Shown here piece by piece: positions 58,901 to 64,000 of a stretch of 64,000 nucleotides of DNA; positions within the stretch are counted from its first letter, which is position 1, and each line of letters begins with the position of its first letter. This stretch comes from Phoronis australis (Eukaryota; Animalia; Phoronida): positions 178,466 to 242,465 of the forward strand of contig NMRA01000191.1 in assembly GCA_002633005.1 (NCBI GenBank), read 5' to 3'. The position numbers and the translations under genes were made by a program. A model generated the notes under the pieces. That model did not search any database. It had not been told where the DNA came from and saw only the letters and a program-made list of their open reading frames with translations.

Positions 58901-61900
58901 ACATTAATGGGCTGTAAGTTCAAACGGGTCTCAAACATTAATGGGGTGTGAGTTGTTTCCAATCTAAGAAATCATTTCTCAATCTAAAAATTTTAAAAAT
59001 CAAGTTATTTTTTGACAAAACACGTGTTTATAGCAGCTACAATTCAGATTTTGCTGCAATGACGTGTCATTACCAGTTCTCTATAGTGTGAATGAAGTTA
59101 GCCGTCGTGACGGGTATATTTTGCTGCAATGACGTGTCATTACCAGTTCTCTATAGTGTGAATGAAGTTAGCCGTCGTGACGGGTATATTTTGCTGCAAT
59201 GACGTGTCATTACCAGTTCTCTATAGTGTGAATGAAGTTAGCCGTCGTGACGGGTATATTTTGTCTTATAACTTCTTCAGCCACTAATGTAGACCTTGAC
59301 ATTAATCCAACAAATGTGCAAGGTACGAGAGACTGACCTTCAAGTGAGAAAAGTAGCAGCAATTAATCATTGCTTTGACAGTCCATGTGTCATTATTGCC
59401 ATGGCAACTTACAAGTGACAGAGTTTGTTATGAGCAAAACTCTTCAACAGAAAACTAGCCAGAACAAGTCGATTTCAAAGTCAGCCTTCCCTCCACACAA
59501 TCTGCATGTCCTATTTGACACGACACAACAATGCAACCTTCACAAGACATTAAAACCTGTGACCTGACCAGTCCTGCAATCTCAACTAGTTTATTCGACA
59601 GTGCAAACTTGACTGTGGTACCTTCTTTGTCTTCCTGGTGTTGTTTTTCAATACCACTAATGACCTCCTGGATGGGGTCATTGCTTAATTCCTGCATCAT
59701 CAACTCCTGCTGGGCAAAGTCATAGTCCACCTTTTGCTCAGGTTCAGCCGTCATTGGACCTAATGTGGAAGACAAAGTTACGTTTATATCAACAGGAGTG
59801 AGTAACGGTACTAACAAGATTTGTCTAGTGAGTTTTTGCCCAGGGTTTGTGAATTGAGAACCGCATTTGACCAAAAAAAGGACCACTAAAGGTTTTTTTT
59901 CAAATTTCAGGAGTGGGCACTTACCCAATTTGGACACTAATCCAAAAATATCAAAAAAGTAAATGTGGAGAGAATTTTTGTTCGCAAAATTCAAAGTAAG
60001 GACACTGATTATCAATAAAACATGGTAGAGATTTCCAAAGAAAAAAATTATCAACCTTTTTTTTGTCCAGGCACAGTTAGTAGACTTGGAGAAGGAAATA
60101 TTTTAGATTATTTGTGTGTAATCTCCTAAACAGTGGCTTTCAGTATCTCTAGCATACTGACTGTAAGGTCCAATAAATTGAGTGTGAAACTGATGAATGT
60201 AGTTGCTAAATCACAACATCATGGGCTCAAATTATATTTAGTCCTAGTTTGATCAATCAGTATAGTTAGGTAACAGCCCTTCACTAACACAAACTATCAG
60301 ATATGAGATTGTTTAGAGACTGCCAGCCAGAATGTATTAAACTGTCAAACAAAAAGTAAAGTCGTGTCTTCAACAAAGTTTGATCAATGAAGACGTTTGC
60401 GGAAATTTCTGTTCAACAGAACGGAACATTACTCCAAGATGATGCATTTCACCACTAACAAACTGACAGTGACTTACTTCCTTTACGCGGACAGTTTATC
60501 CTAAAGAAGTGGTTGTTTCCCCAAAGTAGTCGGTCGCCGTGCTTAACACGAGTTTTAGATTTTATCACCGAACCATTCACGCATGTCCTGAAAGCAAAAG
60601 CAAGTAATACTGGTTCAGGGAAGGTTAAATTTGTTGAACATTCAAGCTTAACTTAAATTCTCTTGTACAAACACAAGAGTCTACGATGCACAGCTTGACA
60701 AAAAAAGATCAGTGAGTAACTCAAGTGACATACTAAAAATGTCTATAATGGAAACAATTCAAAAATGCATGAAATTTCACTGAATTTAAATCAATGTATT
60801 CAATTATGATGATGTATTCTATACATGCATGACTGGTTATAATGTCTGCTATCCTCAATCAACTCTCACTTCATCAAGAATCTCACACCCCAAAACCCAG
60901 TATGTACATGACCAAAGCCTTAAAGTGAAACAATGCAGGTTTTTGGCACATGTGAACATTTAAAAATACAACAAACTTGAATAAAGGGCAGTGGCTTTGA
61001 ATTAAAATATACCGCTTTTCTTTGAGTATAGGGCCTGTCATCACTTCCTTCATCTGTCAATCAGTCACGATTAAAATGTTAAGTACAGTTGAATTTAATA
61101 AAATATTGTTTGGCTTAAACCATTTTAACACATAATAAAAAGTACAGAAAGAACTCTTAACATGACAAAATGCAAACGAACCTTAATATAAGGCCATACT
61201 CGAATATATAGACTTGTATTTCAGATGCTAAGGTTACCTTAAAAACGTTAATCTTGACTTTTACATACTAATGAATATTCAATACATTTTATTAGGCAGT
61301 AGTCCAATAAATGTTTTGTTATATAATGAGGCTGTTTTAACAAAAACAGATCAAAAATAGCATGAACTTAACAAGAATTCTTCACTTTGTCGCACAAAAA
61401 CAATTGTCAAAATTACCATTTTTCTATTTCTCAAAAACTCTTGCTGTAAATAATACGAGCGTTTTTTAAAACATCTATGCCGTACAGAGCAAGCTCTTAA
61501 TATACTACAAGTTTCTTAATATTTCTTTCTTTTGCTGTGAAATTTCTTTTTGGGAGCTAAATAGACGACAATTACAACAGTTTCGTAACAAAAAACTTTT
61601 TTGCAAAAACAACCCATATTTTTATTCACATTAAGATAAAATTAATGAACATAAGGATGTGGTTTTGTGACCTTCCTCTTTCATTTTTTTTCATTTCCAC
61701 TTCTGACTACTGCTGAAATACATAGTTGTGCAAAATGGACTCTTTTCACCAGTAACCAGTGACTTACAGCTACGCCCTTCAACCAATAGAATGGGCAAGT
61801 TTGGGACCTCTCAAATCCCACATCCACTATAACTGAATATCACATTCATGAGCCACTGGCTGTATGTCTAGTACCTTCAGCATCGATAATCAAGGGTTTG

Positions 61901-62430
61901 GGTTGAAATACATACCTACCGGGGCTAGTACCTACCTCGTCTCACATCTGACATTTCAAACTTTGACACTGGATTAGAATTATTTTTAATTTTAGTCGTT
62001 AAACCTTAATGATGTACATTTCAGAAGCCACTGCATCAATCATAATTTGACAGGTAAGCAATCAACAGAAATGTCTTCCAAAATAAAAACATTAAAAAAA
62101 CAACTTTCAATCAGGATTCGCTAAAACTCGTCCTGCTGTGTGATAATGTCACTAAACTGTAATCATCTCTCACAAGATTCAGTATTAACTAGGTCAATCA
62201 TCCCCTTTTGGCAACGAATATGTAATTCACTGATAGGCGTGCTCGGCAGTGAAAGCATTAACACCAGAACTACCCCACAGTAAACCATACCTAGCATCCT
62301 CCATGGGTGTGACAAAAACTTCTCCATTCTCAATGTCGATGACGCAGTGCTCTGGAAGAATCCCCAATCCACTCAGCTGGATGTCTTGTTCGGTGGGGGC
62401 GTTCGGTTGGCCTATTCGCGTATGTGTTTC
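31737..62430 (-). CDS. KIF13B: Kinesin-3 KIF13A/B (Khc-73)-like protein; spliced, 5'-partial (motor domain beyond the window). FHA, stalk, conserved tail region and C-terminal CAP-Gly
   Basis: FHA motifs (QDIQLSGLGI, TCVNG, HGDRLLWGNNHFFRIN) and KIF13 tail motifs (LQIPACNLSPNRK, LIGVANIFL, LSIEVWGH, LDSYQDEDL, WDSSIHDS, GETYIEKY). CAP-Gly WVGVELDQAEGKNDGSVKGVRYF. The 27 GT-AG exons have consistent phases and sum to 4407 nt (1468 codons plus stop). Confidence 0.95.
32065..33770 (+). mobile_element. HINE-type element, second full-length copy (KIF13 last intron)
   Basis: AAAAGAGCGACGCGGAGCATTAATATGTGCCC ... GGATGGACAGACAGAC ... GGTGCATAAAAA; same subunits. Confidence 0.75.
32731..32890. repeat. 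Perfect 52-bp tandem repeat x3
   Basis: Units start at 32731, 32783 and 32835. Confidence 0.95.
34385..34583. repeat. 31-bp minisatellite, ~6.5 copies
   Basis: Consensus TATGGACTACACATAGTCTGCATATAACCTG. Confidence 0.95.
35528..35743 (-). CDS. KIF13B: KIF13 exon (CAP-Gly, part 1)
   Basis: SVCSFGSRADL...GIVHFVGMTDFAAGQWVGVELDQAE. Confidence 0.92.
36148..36360 (-). CDS. KIF13B: KIF13 exon
   Basis: PRRMSQGSLDS...DDRLSGEHSFT; phase 1-1. Confidence 0.78.
36613..37267 (-). CDS. KIF13B: KIF13 large Ser/acidic-rich tail exon
   Basis: EFQEFETYQS...SMTSSGYDSQAVSSQTLSSEDSTSVRS...AMEELERL. Confidence 0.88.
37498..37607 (-). CDS. KIF13B: KIF13 exon
   Basis: ccacag|PSRFLSKDTPK...LKPLKEEQKQVTKPLLDHDSE|gtgggt; phase 1-to-0. 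Confidence 0.78.
39367..39456 (-). CDS. KIF13B: KIF13 exon (phase 1-1; alternative donor at 39307)
   Basis: tttcag|RPSFLNLKLKFPSPLRRSESAPGDIDPSK. Confidence 0.7.
40135..41241 (+). mobile_element. HINE-type element, third full-length copy
   Basis: AAAAGAGGAACGCAAAGCATTGAAATGCACCC ... CAGACAGAGATGGCAGCAATATGCACCCAC ... GCATAAAAA. Confidence 0.75.
42577..42721 (-). CDS. KIF13B: KIF13 exon
   Basis: LKAESTQDLSLSSSP...QASSSAT; cag|...|gtgagt. Confidence 0.78.
43594..43641 (-). CDS. KIF13B: Candidate KIF13 cassette exon (48 nt, phase 0-0)
   Basis: tag|LYRLDAYSPAKTLLSQ|gtacgt. Open, symmetric and GC-richer than its flanks, but no homology recognised. Confidence 0.5.
44448..44718. mobile_element. 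MITE with ~60-bp imperfect TIRs (PIF/Harbinger-like)
   Basis: AAAGTGACTTAAGACTTAGGACAGAAATTTGT versus ACAAATTTCTGTCTTAAGTCTTAACCAAGTCACTTT. Confidence 0.7.
45384..45461 (-). CDS. KIF13B: KIF13 exon
   Basis: EVAMKEMVALTGRPMRKTSSVPNINN; donor gtaagt. Confidence 0.9.
46061..46213 (-). CDS. KIF13B: KIF13 exon
   Basis: ASEELEDRETLAKLAA...DGETYIEKYIKG...LDKLRQ. Confidence 0.92.
46705..47040. mobile_element. Diverged partial copy of the 6488-6912 repeat family
   Basis: Collinear similarity by eye (CATATCTCAGAAATGGATGA; GCGTTTTTGAGATT; CATGACATTG; CTAAATTTTAC). Confidence 0.5.
47133..47219 (-). CDS. KIF13B: KIF13 exon (acceptor position uncertain)
   Basis: ...SGVIYEIVSNIPK; an alternative in-frame CAG acceptor lies 15 nt into the exon. 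Confidence 0.82.
47830..47967. repeat. Imperfect ~140-bp palindrome (fold-back element)
   Basis: The pairs TTGGAGGAATT / AATTCCGCCAA and ATTTCTAATATCT / AGATACTGGAAAT share a centre at ~47898. Confidence 0.65.
49303..49518 (-). CDS. KIF13B: KIF13 exon
   Basis: WDSSIHDSIHLNRVTPSNERVYIIVKAIIRLSHPAAMD. Confidence 0.92.
50689..50801 (-). CDS. KIF13B: KIF13 exon
   Basis: DDMSTKKELFAGANLILPKEHGANFFNLSIVK. Confidence 0.9.
51581..51636 (-). CDS. KIF13B: KIF13 small exon (56 nt)
   Basis: VAPLNREQHIPVVFLDLN; supplies the required phase 2-to-1 bridge. Confidence 0.88.
51894..52020 (-). CDS. KIF13B: KIF13 exon
   Basis: KTDEDVEREQSLMAQWMSLTEERNAV...SGIPGAP. Confidence 0.92.
52670..52913 (-). CDS. KIF13B: KIF13 exon
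   Basis: GHSRRIKVRVSPVQKSGTLP...LDSYQDEDL...KRKEYLDEQ. Confidence 0.92.
53504..53636 (-). CDS. KIF13B: KIF13 exon
   Basis: WSEVQRKLELWIEIQELNEQGEY...GVFQLRQ. Confidence 0.92.
54217..54359 (-). CDS. KIF13B: KIF13 exon
   Basis: EFTIRATEEFLEHCSDGALSIEVWGHRS. Confidence 0.92.
54723..54890 (-). CDS. KIF13B: KIF13 exon
   Basis: VCIKQASGLPPLLSNFVFCNYSFWG...FNHEK. Confidence 0.92.
55409..55555 (-). CDS. KIF13B: KIF13 exon
   Basis: VTGKLHVEMSKV...GRKITVK; phase 0-0. Confidence 0.88.
56126..56269 (-). CDS. KIF13B: KIF13 exon
   Basis: FYECSENHDLIGVANIFL...YAVPIINQQGE. Confidence 0.92.
56632..56770. repeat. 69-bp imperfect tandem duplication spanning a KIF13 exon-intron boundary
   Basis: TACCACAGG at 56641 and 56710; TCACCTT at 56682 and 56751. 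Confidence 0.8.
56755..56901 (-). CDS. KIF13B: KIF13 exon
   Basis: SGTFASEPAISVKRKG...WSMEKFENKIIDMRDMY. Confidence 0.92.
57398..57560 (-). CDS. KIF13B: KIF13 exon
   Basis: DKLFKQGLVKLREEVVKANTLIREAN...LQIPACNLSPNRK. Confidence 0.92.
58479..58656 (-). CDS. KIF13B: KIF13 exon
   Basis: ALAKQRQMYEQQMATLRNQMMSPGTP...WAQER. Confidence 0.9.
59048..59263. repeat. Perfect 70-bp tandem repeat x3
   Basis: Units start at 59048, 59118 and 59188. Confidence 0.95.
59622..59759 (-). CDS. KIF13B: KIF13 exon
   Basis: PMTAEPEQKVDYDFAQQELMMQELSNDPIQ...QEDKE. Confidence 0.88.
60478..60587 (-). CDS. KIF13B: KIF13 exon (FHA, part 2)
   Basis: TCVNGSVIKSKTRVKHGDRLLWGNNHFFRINCPRKG; donor gtaagt. Confidence 0.92.
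62291..62430 (-). CDS. KIF13B: KIF13 exon (FHA, part 1)
   Basis: ETHTRIGQPNAPTEQDIQLSGLGILPEHC; cag|...|gtatgg. Confidence 0.92.
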
Positions 62431-64000
62431 CTGAAACAGCCCGGGAATCAATGCGTTAAGCCAAATTGAAAATATTGATATTTTCTTTACCTGAAGGAAA
62501 TGTAGTATTTACTGCATTGCAGGTTAAAATATCACGTTAAATGGAGCATTAATGCTCGATACTGTGATACTGTGTAACTATCTGCACGGAAGCTGAAAGA
62601 ACTAATTGTGGTTAGAAGTAAGGCACACAGCTCAATTATACAGTGATAATCAGTCCAATATTGATAGACCTTCTTGTTTAACAGGGCACAACAAAGTAAC
62701 AAAGATGCAGCAAAAATGCCATTTTCTGGCATCAAAAGATAACGGAATAACAATATAAATGAGAAACGAAGAACAATGTGACTGGCAATCGTCCACGGAC
62801 AAATCTTGTCACAATGGGAATAAGCTGCTTCCTCTTCTTAAGAAGTACAAGAAAACAAAAGTATGACTTGGCAAAGAGCCAAAGTCCACAGAGCAAGCGG
62901 GGGAAATCCCAGGAAGAAGTCTAAAAAAACGAAAAAGAAAATTTTTTTACATCTCCTGCCAGCCCAGTGGGGTTGAGTCTCTGCATTAAAAATAAGGTGT
63001 TTATTTGTATTAGGTCAATAATACAAGCGAGCCATTCAAATTACCATAACAGGCCATTCAAATTACCACTGAAGCTAATCAATAAGGTGGCACATACAAT
63101 GCGCTGTAAATTACATTACATTATATTACAGAACACGAGGATACCATTCTGTAACACTGACTTTCACTGTCTTATGGGAAAGGAGAGAGTGAGTAACATC
63201 ATAAAACCAAACGCACAACTAACTCCCAGATGGACTGCTCATTTCCACATGACCCGATATTTGAGACAAAATTCACTAACAAAAGCACGACTGCGAGGGA
63301 CATTCGAGGCGATAAATAGTCACTCACAAAATGGAAAAAACATGTATCTCGCAATTCAACAGTTCAACCATACCAACCACTCATTTTAATGTCATCCATT
63401 TTGCAAGCATCATGCTACTTTTAAAGTCCAGAACATACTTGCGACACACTTGACTTTCACTCATGTAATTTTAAATGTTCTCCCATGATCTCGCTTTTAT
63501 GTAAGAGTCTTAAGTCTACGGAACATACCCCAGCTTATACTCACGCGCCCAGGAAGTAAAAGAGGCCACCAACAAGCAATTCATTCAGAAAATATCGGAC
63601 TGCCAACCAATACCTAACATTTACAAAACTGAGATCCATGCAAAAACAACAATTTCATATCACAGGACACTCTGATATAACCCAAGATGACACCCAACAC
63701 TGCTAACCTTATGTATACCATTTCAAGTATGTGTTAAAAAATGAAAATCACAAGACCTGCTTTAAATGAAACTATGACGACTCTCAGCCCATACTTAAAG
63801 TGAACTTCTCCTCGTGATTAAAAAGTCATGTCAAACCTACAGCAGCTCACAGTCACCTGCATGCCCCTTACAAACAAAGAACGTTCCATTCAGTACAGCT
63901 CCAATCAATATGCTGGCATCAAGACCGATTGAAATTACATCACTTTCACATGGTGTTTGGTTTCCTAGTTTGCATTTCAACTACAGCTTAGTTGTAGTCA

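Noticed and set aside
62431-64000. Further KIF13 exons or the ORF 62967-63389
   Set aside because: No kinesin-like peptide with matching splice sites was found; treated as intron

Overview
This is AT-rich animal (invertebrate bilaterian) genomic DNA with spliceosomal introns, not a prokaryotic locus, so most short ORFs in the track are exon fragments or noise. Three protein-coding genes are supported. (1) A cytoplasmic poly(A)-binding protein gene on the minus strand: 7 coding exons, 18170 down to 388, with the last exon off the left edge. Upstream lie CRE, TATA and TCT/TOP-like motifs and an A-rich 5'UTR tract. (2) A single-coding-exon, ~1232-aa coiled-coil protein on the plus strand (23415-27113) that I cannot assign to a family. 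(3) The 3' part of a kinesin-3 KIF13/Khc-73 gene on the minus strand: 27 exons reconstructed by hand, 62430 down to 31737, covering FHA to CAP-Gly, with the motor domain off the right edge. Introns hold a decayed L2/CR1-group LINE, further LINE 3' ends, a THAP-bearing DNA-transposon relic, several MITEs, tandem repeats and Helentron-type non-autonomous elements. The most notable observations are the arrays of co-oriented CTCF-like motifs (~150-bp spacing) inside the Helentron-type elements, the headless myosin-rod-length coiled-coil gene, and a duplication-derived 27-nt candidate microexon in PABP. All coordinates were derived by eye and no database searches were run.
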